Source: Chiloscyllium plagiosum (taxonomy: Eukaryota). Taken from it: a DNA stretch of 47,915 nt. Both the position numbers and the translations under genes were made by a program. The number at the start of each line of letters is the position of its first letter. Positions within the stretch are counted from its first letter, which is position 1. The notes under the pieces were generated by a model. It saw only the letters and a list, made by a program, of their open reading frames with translations, was not told the origin of the DNA and did no database searches. Where the stretch lies: contig NC_057718.1 in NCBI RefSeq assembly GCF_004010195.1, forward strand, positions 27,587,088 to 27,635,002, in the 5' to 3' direction. Shown here one piece after another: positions 35,181-46,773 of the stretch.

Positions 35181-35701
35181 TTGGGAGCCTCCTGCGAAGC
35201 GCTTCTTTGATGTTTCCTCTGGTGTTTATAGTGGTCTGTCCCTGCCGCTTCCAGTTGTCAGTTTCAGCTGTCCGCTGTAGGGGTCAAAATCCTGGGACTC
35301 CACAACAGCTAATGGTCTGCAGTGGTTCAAGAAGGCAGCTCACCACCACCTTCTCCAGGGCTAGCCAACAACGCCCACATCCCTTGTGCAAATAAAAAGA
35401 ACAGCAACAGAGTTGGGATATACTTTTAAAAATGTGGTTGACCAGCTGAGGCCTGCAGCAATCTTATAGCAGGCAGGTGATTCACTTCCAGAATTGCCCT
35501 TTTAAATGTTCGCATTAGCAGATAACATTATGATTAGAAAAGCGTGTCTCACTATTATGATAACCAGGTAACCATATTCACAAGATTTCTAAGTGCTTGT
35601 GTATTCTGGAATGAAGTGAAGATTCAAGATGTTTCTTTGAGATTTTGCAAAAACTTGGCTCTGAGATGCGGTTCTTGTAGCTTTAATCATTGCAATCCTG
35701 A

Positions 35702-35891
35702 AAATGTGTTGCTGGAAAAGCACAGCAGGTCAGGCAGCATCCAAGGAGCAGGAGAATCGACGTTTTGGGCATGAGCCCTCATGCTTGAAACGTCTATTCT
35801 CCTGCTCCTTGGATGCTGCCTGACCTGCTGCGCTGTTCCAGCAACACATTTTCAGCTCTGATCTCCAGCATCTGCAGTCCTCACTTTCTCC
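35702..35891. mobile_element. Palindromic Penelope-derived mini-element (hammerhead cores broken at the centre)
   Basis: Inverted arms of about 75 bp. TSD tcattg(c/a)aatcctga at 35687-35701 and 35892-35906. Confidence 0.85.
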
Positions 35892-37574
35892 TCATTGAAA
35901 TCCTGACAATATTATGTACCCAGAATAGAATTTCCTTTTGTGTCATCAATTCCAAGTCGGGAGTAAAGGAGGTCTGTAGGTCTGCATCATAGGCTAAGTG
36001 AGCTGGATAGCCTTTTCGAATCTGCTCTTTATCATTTGTTATTTTGATCCTTTCCAAAGGTTGGTTTCCCATTGGTTCGATCCTTGCCGATGGGCAAAAT
36101 ACTCCAATAGTTTGTTGTGGTTCTGTTCGCCGAGCTGGAAGATTTTTTTTGTTGCAAACGTTTCGTCAGTGCTTGGGGGCCTCCTGCGAAGCGCTTCTTT
36201 GATGCTTCCTTCGGTGTTTATAGTGGTCTGTCCCTGCTGCTTCCGGTTGTCAGTTTCAGCTGTCTGCTGTGTGGTTGGTATATTGGGTCCAGGTCGATGT
36301 GTTTGTTGATGGAGTTTGTGGATGAATGCCATTCACATGGCATGGCATTCATCCACAAACTCCATCAACAAACACATCGACCTGGACCCAATATACCAAC
36401 CACTATAGCGGACAGCTGAAACTGACAACCGGAAGCGGCAGGGACAGACCACTATAAACACCAGAGGAACATCAAAGAAGCGCTTCGCAGGAGGCTCCCA
36501 AGCACTGATGATGTCGCCTAGCCAGGGGACGAAACATTTGCAACAAAAACTTCCAGCTCGGCGAGCAGAACCACAGTATACTAATTCAATTAGGAAAATA
36601 ATCAACTGTCTTTATTCTGCAGTCTGGAATATAATAAATGAGGCACATTTATTGTAAACAAAACTTACTTTTAAAACAAGTGGAAAGCACAGATCATATT
36701 TAAGCTATGATCAGAATTAAAGCCATATTCTCTCCATCTGTGACAGCAATAGTCACAGATCATAAAAAGACAGTCATCGCAGAAATGGATTTTAAAAAAG
36801 TAAAAATGAAAAATAGATCTCCCATTGGCCAAAGGTCAAGAAACAAAGGATAGAATGTGATGACTTCTCAGTCCAGAGTTTCTTGTCAGTGAAATTAAAT
36901 TATTGACAGCTCATAGATTGTTGGATGGCCTTCAGTTCAGATTGCAATCAGCTTATATCAACGTTTGGGAAAATGGTCACAATCCAGCTTTCTCTGCTTT
37001 ACAAAGTAGTTGGAAATACTGGTATTTGGAAACATTATTGGGTTTCAGGATTTTGAGAAAAGAATTTTAGGACAGACACTTCAGCTTCTGGGGTGTTTTC
37101 CTTACTGACAGACTCGGGTCTACAAAACAGAAAACCAAGTCCAGAAACAGACCCACTAATCTTTCAAAACTGATCTTTCAAAACTGATCTTTCAATAATA
37201 AAGGCCATAAACCTCATCTCTTAATTCCTTTAAAACTTTATTGCCTTCTCAAAAATTATTTGATTTACGTAAATCTCAGCCCACATTAAGCGGTTGATTT
37301 TATTCCTTGATAAAATCACCTAGTAAACTCTGCTCGAAAATGTTCAAACTGTTCCACAATGTTTCCCCACAGTCCTTTCATTCAAACTTATTTCCAACAG
37401 TTTAGATAATGTTCAATCAATTGATTTCTTGGAATAAAGAAGTTATACTATTAAGGAAGACTAGGCTGTATTCACCAGCGTTAGAAGAATGAGAGGTGCT
37501 GTTATTGAATGATGGGATAAAAGACCAGCACAACATCGAGGGCAAAAGGTCTTGTACAGTGCTGTACTGTTCCA

Positions 37575-38585
37575 AGATCAGACTAACCTACATACACTTC
37601 ATTGTACTATAACCCACGTGCCTATCCAAGAGTCACTTAAATGTCCCTAATGTATCTGATTCTACTACCACTGCCAGCAGTGCATTCCACGCACCCACCA
37701 TTCGGTGTAAAGAACCTACTTCTGACATCTCCCTTAAACCTTCCTTTTAATTCCCGTCATGATAGACATTCCCACCATGGGAAAAAGTCTCTGGCTATCC
37801 ACTCTAAACTTCAACATCTTATACATCTGTATCAAGTCACTTCTCATCCTCCTTTGCTCCAATGAGAAAAGCCCTAGGTCCCTCAACCTTCATAAGATAT
37901 GCACTCCAGGCCAGGCAGCATCCTGGAATATCTCCTCTGCACCCTCTCTAAAGCTTCCACATCGTTCCTATAATTAGGTGACCAGAACTGAACACAATAT
38001 TCTAAGTGTGATCTAACACTTGCTTTATAGAGCTGCTGCATACCCTCATGGCTATTCAACTCAATCCTCCTGCTAATGAAAGCCAACAGGCCATACACCT
38101 TTTTAACAACCCTGTCGACTTGGTGGCAAATTTGAGGGATCTAGATCATGGACCCCAAGATCCCTCTGTTCCTCCACACTGCCAAGAATCCTGCCTTTAA
38201 CCCTGTATCTTGCATTCACATTCGACCTTCCAAAGTGAACTACTGCACACTTTTCCAGGTTGAACTCCGCATCTGTCACTTATCAGCCCAGTTCTACATC
38301 CTGTCAAAGTCCGTTGCAACCACAACAGCCCTCCACATTATTCACAACTCTACCAACCTGTCATCGACAAACTTACTAATCCACTCTTCCACTTCCTCAT
38401 CCAAGTCATTTATAAAAATCACAAAGACCAGGGGTCCTAGAACTGATTGCTGCCAAACACCACTAGTCACCAAGCTCCAGGCTGAATACTTTCCATCTCC
38501 CACCACTCTGTCTTTTATGGGCCAGCCAATGGTTTATCCAGACAGCCAGATTTTCCTATCCCATGCCTCCTTACTCTCCCCATGT
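37575..38585 (-). mobile_element. CR1 LINE, RT and 3' end
   Basis: Encodes LYKASVRSHLEYCVQFWSPNYRNDVEALERVQRR; similar to 6086-7185. Confidence 0.9.
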
Positions 38586-38779
38586 GAGAGAATAGAAATA
38601 CAGGGATCCTTTTTTAAATTCCAAACATCTAAACCTAAAAAAAAATGAATGGGTGTTTGAAAAGAAAAAGCTTTAGCAAGCATGTGAGATCCTGTGGAGG
38701 GGCCAACAGTGGCACATGTATAATAATGTAAATGGCCATCTTCTGTGCTGAATTTAAAAATCTAGGCCAGCTTAGCAGA

Positions 38780-40915
38780 ACAAAGTAAAAGAAGATAAGC
38801 TTGAGAGTAAACTTGAAAGTGATATTAAGATGGATTTTTAAAAAAGCTTTAAATATATAAACAGGAAGAGAGGGGCCAAAGTGAACACAGGCCTCTTAGA
38901 GAACCAGACAGACAAAATTATAATTGCCAAACAGGAAATGGCAAAGATGGTGAATAAAATACTTGGCATTATTTTTCACAGTGCAAGACACTAATGACAT
39001 TCCAAAATGACTAAATAATCAAAGGGTAAAGGAAAGGGGGGGGGGGGGGGAATAAATGCAATAACTATCACCAGAGGAAGAATGCTAGGGAAACCAGTGA
39101 GGCAAGGACAATAGGTCCCCTGATGCAGATGGGATGCAAATCAGGAATGTTAAATAAAGTAGCTACCGACGTAATGGATGGCTACAGAGGTAATGGACAG
39201 ACTAGCAGTAATCTTCCAAGAATCCATACTTTATGAAAATCTTCCGGGATATTGGAAAACTGCCAATAACTTTATTTAAAAAGGAAAGTTAGCTTAATGT
39301 GTTAAATTGGGAAAATGGTCATAGAATCCCTACAATGTGGAAGCAGGCCATTTGTCCCATCGAGTCCATATCAACCCTCTGAAGCGTGTCCTAACCAGAT
39401 CCAGATACTACCCTATCACCATGCATTTACCATGGTTAATCTACCTAGCTTGACCATTCCTAGACACTGGACACTTTCCCAATGCAAACCCACCTAACTT
39501 GCACATCTTTGGAGTGAGAGGGGAAACTCATGCAAAAACAGGGAGAATGTGCAAACTTCACACAGACAGTCGTCAAAGGCTGGAATCAAACCTGGGTCCC
39601 TGGTACTGTGGGGCAGCTGTGCTAACCACTGAGCCACCATGTCAATGCATAAAGGATGTAATAGAGTGTGTAAAAATGCATACGATCAAGCAACGTGAGC
39701 ATGGATTCAAGAAGAGGAAATCATGCCCGATAAATTTACTCCATTTTTTTGAGGATATAAACACTAGGATAATAAAGGGAAATCCGTGGTTATAATATAT
39801 CTTGATTTTCAGAAGGCATTTGAAATGGTGCTACATATCAGGCTACTTAAAGAAGAGCACATGGTGTTGGAGATAGCCATTCCTCTATCCATGCTTATAC
39901 ATTAACTAATTGAAGTCAAGAGTTGGGATCAGGGAGGGGAGGGGTTTCATTTTCAGGATGGCAACTTAATGGAGTGCCACAAGGATCAGTGCTGGGGCCA
40001 CAATTATTTACAACATATATATTAATCACTCAGATGAGAAAGTGAATGTACTATAGACAGGTTGAGGGATAACAAAATTAGGTGGAAAGGCAAGTGGTGA
40101 ATATGACAGTTTGCAGAGGGCTATGGACATGTTAAGCAAGCTGGCAAAAACTTGGCAGATGGAAAAGATGTGGGAAAATTATGTTTGCACTTTGACAGGG
40201 AGAAGACAGAAGCTAAATATATTTTAAATGGCAAAGGGCTGAGGAAGCCACAGAACTGAAGGATTTGAGTCCTCATTCATGACTTACCAAAAGCTAGCAT
40301 CTAAGTTTAGTGGCTCATAGGGAAGGCAAATGGAATGTTGGCCTTTATTTCAAAAGGAATGGAACATGAAAATAGGTGGTTTTGCTAAAACCACATAAGG
40401 CACTAGTGGGACCACAGCTGGAATACTATGAAAGATTTTGCATACCTTATTCTAAGGAAAGCTGTACTGGCATTGGAAGCAGTCCAGAGAAAGTTAACTA
40501 GTTGATCCCAGTTATGGAAGGGCCATCTTTACTCATTAGAATGTAGAAGAATGAAGGGCGACCTTATCGAAAGATACAAGATTCTTAGGGGTCTTGACAG
40601 GGTAAATGCATAAAGATTGTTTCCTTTTGTGGGAGAGTTTAGGACCAGAAGGCATAATCTCAGAGTAAGGGGTCACATATTTAAGACAGAGAGGGGGATG
40701 AATTTCTTCTCTCAGAGGGTAGACAATCTGGAATTCTTGATTGCAAAGAGATGTCAAGTCTAAGATAGACAGATTTCTAAACAGTAAGGGAATCAACAGT
40801 TGTACAGAAAAGACTGGAAAATGCAATTGGGTCTGATCACATCAGTGCCGTGACCCCATTGAATGGGAGAGCAGAATAGATGGGCTGAATGGCCTACTTT
40901 AGATCTTACATCTTA
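38780..40915 (+). mobile_element. Old CR1 ORF2 and 3' end, interrupted by a minus-strand V-SINE at 39318-39641
   Basis: Encodes QHGF-like EHGFKKRKSC, YLDFQKAF and GVPQGSVLGPQLF, followed by a CR1 3' UTR. SINE V-domain and A/B boxes on the minus strand. Confidence 0.8.
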
Positions 40916-41089
40916 TATCAGCTTATGGGAGTTAATACAAATTATCTATGATTTAAATAAGAAAAAGTAACCTGTCTTATCAATTGTGAATAAATGTGAC
41001 AACCGTTTAAGAACTGATATCGATGACTGCAGGTGTACGAATGCCTATCAATGTTGCTTGTCATGATGTAGCTTCCTGATCTTGCCCAA

Positions 41090-43500
41090 AACTGGACAAG
41101 TTAATCAATTTTGCTTTCAATTTTCACCCTTCTCTCAACTTCCCTCGTCAATGTCTGATACTACCATTCCCTTTCATGATTTCAGTTTTCATTTCTGGGA
41201 ACAGTCGGTCAACTAATATTCATTACAAACTCTGACTCCGACAGCTAGCTTGTGTATATTTCTTTGGAACCTGCTTCTTAGAGACTGCAACAAATTCTTC
41301 CAGCTTGGGACTCTCATTGTATCATCTTCCACAACGACACTTCAGACACACCTTCCACAACGACACTTCAGACACACCTTCCACAACGACACTTCAGACA
41401 CACCTTCCACAACGACACTTCAGACACACCTTCCACAACGACACCTCAGACACACCTTCCACAACGACACCTCAGACACACCTTCCACAACGACACCTCA
41501 GACACACCTTCCACAACGACACCTCAGACACACCTTCCACAACGACACCTCAGACACACCTTCCACAACGACACCTCAGACACACCTTCCACAACGACAC
41601 CTCAGACACACCTTCCACAACGACACCTCAGACACACCTTCCACAACGACACCTCAGACACACCTTCCACAACGACACCTCAGACACACCTTCCACAACG
41701 ACACCTCAGACACACCTTCCACAACGACACCTCAGACACACCTTCCACAACGACACCTCAGACACACCTTCCACAACGACACCTCAGACACACCTTCCAC
41801 AACGACACCTCAGACACACCTTCCACAACGACACCTCAGACACACCTTCCACAACGACACCTCAGACACACCTTCCACAACGACACCTCAGACACACCTT
41901 CCACAACGACACCTCAGACACACCTTCCACAACGACACCTCAGACACACCTTCCACAACGACACCTCAGACACACCTTCCACAACGACACCTCAGACACA
42001 CCTTCCACAACGACACCTCAGACACACCTTCCACAACGACACCTCAGACACACCTTCCACAACGACACCTCAGACACACCTTCCACAACGACACCTCAGA
42101 CACACCTTCCACAACGACACCTCAGACACACCTTCCACAACGACACCTCAGACACACCTTCCACAACGACACCTCAGACACACCTTCCACAACGACACCT
42201 CAGACACACCTTCCACAACGACACCTCAGACACACCTTCCACAACGACACCTCAGACACACCTTCCACAACGACACCTCAGACACACCTTCCACAACGAC
42301 ACCTCAGACACACCTTCCACAACGACACCTCAGACACACCTTCCACAACGACACCTCAGACACACCTTCCACAACGACACCTCAGACACATCTTCCACAA
42401 CGACACCTCAGACACACCTTCCACAACGACACCTCAGACACATCTTCCACAACGACACTTCAGACACATCTTCCACAACGACACTTCAGACACATCTTCC
42501 ACAACGACACTTCAGACACATCTTCCTTTTTCCTTAATTAGGATTCCCCCAACAATTGTGGATGTAAGCCTCAACCATGCCCAACCCATTTTCAAGATCT
42601 CTTCCTTACACTTTCCATTCCTTGAGCCTGCATATTCCAAGGATCACCTGATGCCATTTCTACCAACCCCAACAAGACGCCTCCTCTCCCCTATTAGGAT
42701 TCCAAAGGGGTCATTCCATCCGCAACACTTGAGTACTGCTATATCATGCCCTTCCCACAGCACCAGCTCCTACAACTGCAGGTGGTATAACACTTGCTCT
42801 GCTACCTCTCCCTCCTCATTGTGTAAGGCAACAAACACCAGTTCCAGGGGAAGCAGCAACTTATTTATACTCCATTCAAGAGTCTCCTATATTCACGGTT
42901 CACAATGTGGTTTCCTCCACACTGGGAAGATCGAACGCAGATCAAGTGCAGCTTTGCAAAAACACCTCTATTCAGACCACAAGCATGAGCCAAACTTTCC
43001 AGTCACGTGCCACTTTAATACACCAGCTTGGCCTCATGCCTACATTTCTAAGGTCTGTTGCAGTGATCCAGTGAAGCCCAATACAAGCTGAAAGAATAGC
43101 ACCTCATTTTCTGTAGACTCTTACCACCTCCTGGACTCAATATTGAGTTCAAGAACTTCAGAACACTAACTCAGCTCCATTTTGATTCTTGTTTGCATGA
43201 TTTTGCTTTCAGAACTGGCCTATCTTTTATTACGAAAATCTACATTGGATCTGTATCTCTTCTCTCAAACCACTGCCATTCTTTGCCTATCGGTACTGTG
43301 TCACTTTTCCTTCACCTTCCTTTGTTACACTTGGTCTTTTGCAAGTAACATCAAATTCCACCACTTTTTTCACGTCCAATTCTGAAAAGCATCATACTAG
43401 ACTCAAAACATCAACTTTATCTCTTCATAAATGCTGCCAGACCTGTTGAGTTCTCGAACATTCTTTTTCTTTATTCCTGATCTTCAGCATCCACAATGTT
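41090..43500 (+). mobile_element. Old Penelope-like element (RT thumb, GIY-YIG, decayed terminus) split by a minisatellite
   Basis: INFAFNFHPSL, IPFHD and TNIHYK before the array. SSFFLN*GFPPTIVD, YIHGSQCGFLHTG and PVTCHFN after it. gctgccagacctgttgag tail at about 43430. Confidence 0.75.
41323..42526. repeat. 26-bp minisatellite (ccttccacaacgacacctcagacaca), about 46 copies
   Basis: Directly visible; the 26-aa periodicity in the ORF track corresponds to three units. Confidence 0.98.
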
Positions 43501-43567
43501 TTGCTTTTATTTAAGAACTGACAATGGTTTTCTCATTTTGTAGCAACTGTAACTTATGGTCAGTTAC

Positions 43568-43695
43568 CTTTCCTGTAACATTTGACAATGCTACAACAGA
43601 AGAAAGAATACAATCATTGGTATTTTTAAGCTTCTGTGTAATGGTGGGTAGCTCTTGCTCGAAGGAAACCTTCTTACTGTAGTGCTTGGAAATAT
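43568..43695 (-). CDS. PPP1R21: PPP1R21 exon (DISKHYSKKVSFEQELPTITQKLKNTNDCILSSVVALSNVTGK); earlier exons lie beyond the right edge
   Basis: 128 nt with a phase-1 start, tttttag| ... |gtaact; contains the conserved DISKHYS and TNDCILSSVVAL motifs. Confidence 0.95.
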
Positions 43696-45697
43696 CTAAA
43701 AAGAGAAAAACAAACCAAAAAAGAGTCATTAGCTCTGCAGCTGCAATCATTTCTCAAAGTGAGAAATGTTAAACATACCTTGAAAATGTGAATTTTGTAC
43801 AAATAATATGCATTATTTTGATATAAAAAGACTTTACAGAATACATACAATCCAATGGAGGATTTCAAAGGTTACGGGAAAAGGCAGAGGAATGGGGTTG
43901 AGAAACAGATCAGCTATGACCATATGGCAGAGTAGACTTGAGGGGCTGTATGGCATAATTCTGTTCTTTTATCTTATGATCTTAGGGCTGATGTGGCAAG
44001 TCAAGACATGATAACACATATTAATGTGCATAACACAACCAGGTAAAGGTAGCAACATTTCTTCCCTTTAGGAAGGGGGAAATGTTGAAATCAGTGAAGT
44101 ACTCCCCATCTTTTACCAGAGATTGAGCCACTGTAGAGACGAGATGATCAAACATACTTAGAACAGTAATGTACCAATATATTCAATTGAGATTGAGGTC
44201 AAAATGGATTATAATACCAGAATAAATGGACTGCATAGATTTACTGCAAACAAAAATCCAGACTGAAGAGGGAATAGATTACCTTTGGAAAAGTCAAAGA
44301 TCATTCATTTCTAATTGATCCTTTTTTCCTATTCATTTTTTTTCAGGTCTTACACCTCAAAAAAGGAACGAATTTTTCAATCTGAATTCAGAAAGACATC
44401 CTGCAGCATACATTATTTATAAAGTACAGTCACATGGGGTTAAGAGAGCTTCGATTGTAATCTGGTTCATTCTCAGTAAACATCACTACCCCTCTTAAGA
44501 GCAATGCCTCAACTTTGCCCTGATTAGGAGAGGGGTTCCAATCCAACCCCCAGGTAACAGATTGCTGACTACCAGATATTCCACATTTTTACATACTGTA
44601 ATGGAAACCCATCAAAGCAGTCTTGGAACAAAAGTTCCTAATGAAGGCAATAAATCGACAATATTGAAGTGGTTCCAGAGGAAATGTAATCCGAGAGTCT
44701 AATTCTCTCTCGTTTAAACTCCTAACCTATATGCTAGGCAGAAGACCCTCCAAGACACTAAGGGCAGGTAACACTTGAAATAAGGAAAGGCAGATATTAC
44801 TCCTAAACAGAGTGCACATGCTGAATCATAACCATTAGAGGATCACTCGTTATCAAGCAAACCAAGTTCTGAAGGGCCTATGATACTGGGCATGTGGCAA
44901 ATAGAAAAAAAAGCCAAAAGAGAAATCCTACTAGACTCTTCCTTATCAATCTGCCTGTTGGATACATAGCTGTCCAGAGGAGTATTGGTAGGATATCTAT
45001 TGGGTTGTGTGGTGGTATTTTACTAAATGGAATAGACTCAACTGATCTAATAGCTCAAAAGTTCAGAATCCACGAGGAGCTGTGGGCTGACATTCATATC
45101 AGAATTATTTTCCATGACAATCTGCAAACCTATCTCGCAACACATCCTTCATTTACCATTAGGCCACAGAATCAACTCCAAGTCAATAAAGAGGGCAGGA
45201 CAGCAGAGCAGCAGCAACACATTAACTGGAAGCTACCATTTAGGATTATATGCATGCTATAAAAAAGCAACAATATGGTATCCCAAAACCAGATGAAAAG
45301 CTCGGTTGTCCTGCCATGCACAACCATGAAGAGTAGTGGACAACAAACTAACTTACTGGAGACTGCAGCTCCATAAATATCCTATTCCCAATGATGGCAG
45401 AGAATGTCCAGTGCAAAAGACAAGGTTCAAGCATTTGCATCAATTTTCAGCCAGAATGATCTAACTTGGCTTGCTCTACAGGTTACCATTACTACAAATT
45501 CAGTCTTTAGCCAAACTGCTTCACTCCATGTGACAGCAAGCACCAAAGGCTACAAATCATGACAAGGCTACAGTTTAGCTGTAATCATGTTCAAAATAAA
45601 GTTGCTATAGATTAGCTACATCATGGAAAGATTCCCAGGTATGTTTCATACACAAAATTTAGGAAAAAATCCAAACATCTAATTCCAATCCCAAACT

Positions 45698-46172
45698 TCT
45701 TTTTGTAAATATATTTATTAGCAAGTATTTTTAACTTTACAAACAAAATTATTGAAAAATACAATCATAACAAATATCAGTATAATAAAAAGAAATCAAA
45801 ACACAAATTACAACTACTGTCTACTAACTACTAACCTACCCTATAATACAAAACAAACCCTAACACTGTGCAAAGCCACACCAATAAATAAGTAAATAAC
45901 TAATAGATCAAAAAGAAAGAAAAAGAAAAAACCCACAAAATACCAAATAGCTGTGCTCAGCGCAAAGCTCCCAAACAAAGGAATTGTATATATATACCTG
46001 AATTAACTCAGGACAGCCCCTCCAGGGCCCAGGGCTTGACAAACCTAACCATCCTGGTTAAATAAATGCCCTAGTTGACAAATCTATATCCAAATAACTC
46101 AAGTAGGGCTGCCATGTCTTATAAAAATGGTCTGTTGTGTGGTGCACCATGTTTGTAAAAAGTCCAAGGGAA
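45698..46172 (-). mobile_element. L1-clade 3' end, same family as 24479-26555
   Basis: 45700-45980 is the reverse complement of about 26250-26552 (ctaataaatatatttacaaaa tail, agggtaggttagtagttagtagacagtag). Confidence 0.88.
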
Positions 46173-46174
46173 TG

Positions 46175-46738
46175 TGACCAAGGCACCATGGTGCAGAAGG
46201 CCATTCAAGAGGGGGGAGCTAATAGACAAGTAGTGGTTATAGGGGATTCTATAATTAGGGGGACAGATAGTATCCTTTGCAAGCCGGATCGGGAGTCTCG
46301 CATGGTGTGTTGCCTGCCCGGTGCCAGGGTGCGAGACATCTCCGACCGGCTTGAAAGGATATCGGAGCGGGAGGGGGAGGATCCAGTTGTTGTGGTCCAC
46401 GTTGGTACCAACAACATAGGCAAGACTAGGGTGGAGGACCTGTTTGGGCATTACGAAGCACTTGGCAGGAAATTGAAGCACAGGTCCTCAAGGGTCATAA
46501 TCTCCGGATTACTGCCCAAGCCACGTGCCAATTGGCATAGGGACAAGAAAATTAGGCAAGTAAACACGTGGCTAAGGGATTGGTGTGGGAAAGAGGGATT
46601 CCACTTCATGGGGCATTGGCATCAGTTTTGGAACAGGGGGATCTGTACCGTTGGGACGGTCTCCACCTGAACCGATCAGGTACCAATGTCCTAGCGAAGA
46701 GGATAAATAGGGTGGTCAGTAGGACTTTAAACTTCTGA
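46175..46738 (+). pseudogene. CR1 ORF1 C-terminal SGNH-esterase domain, 5'-truncated with one frameshift near 46640
   Basis: Encodes VVVIGDSIIRG, CLPGARVRDI, VVVHVGTNNI, ISGLLP and, after the shift, DGLHLNRSG. Confidence 0.9.
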
Positions 46739-46773
46739 GTTGGGGGGAAGGGAAAGTGAAAGCAACAGGGAGT

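Larger units (their letters stand above)
35070..36575. mobile_element. Composite Penelope-bounded unit: minus pLTR, about 830 bp of other DNA, minus pLTR, plus pLTR
   Basis: pLTR copies at 35070-35280 (-), 36112-36333 (-) and 36343-36575 (+). Exact 14-bp flanking direct repeat gtatactaattcaa at 35056-35069 and 36576-36589. Confidence 0.8.

Noticed and set aside
35881..36110. Captured host exon within the Penelope-bracketed cargo
   Set aside because: The open stretch has no motif or splice boundaries I can recognise; it needs BLASTX.
14302..36545. Selective inactivation of hammerheads on the host-sense strand
   Set aside because: Several minus copies are broken, but so are several plus copies (17795, 29546, 35780, 36502). 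CpG decay of cGAAAcg explains most lesions, and the sample is too small.
30744..42526. CRISPR-like arrays
   Set aside because: Both arrays are head-to-tail repeats without unique spacers, the context is eukaryotic, and there are no cas genes.
41250..43091. 613-aa and 410-aa mucin-like or His/Thr-rich ORFs
   Set aside because: They are by-products of a stop-free 26-bp unit whose length is not a multiple of 3, running into Penelope remnants antisense to the host gene. I found no gene structure.
43696..45690. Additional PPP1R21 exon or independent gene (for example ORF 44894-45262)
   Set aside because: No PPP1R21-like peptide was found; 44560-45690 looks like a heavily decayed LINE fragment.
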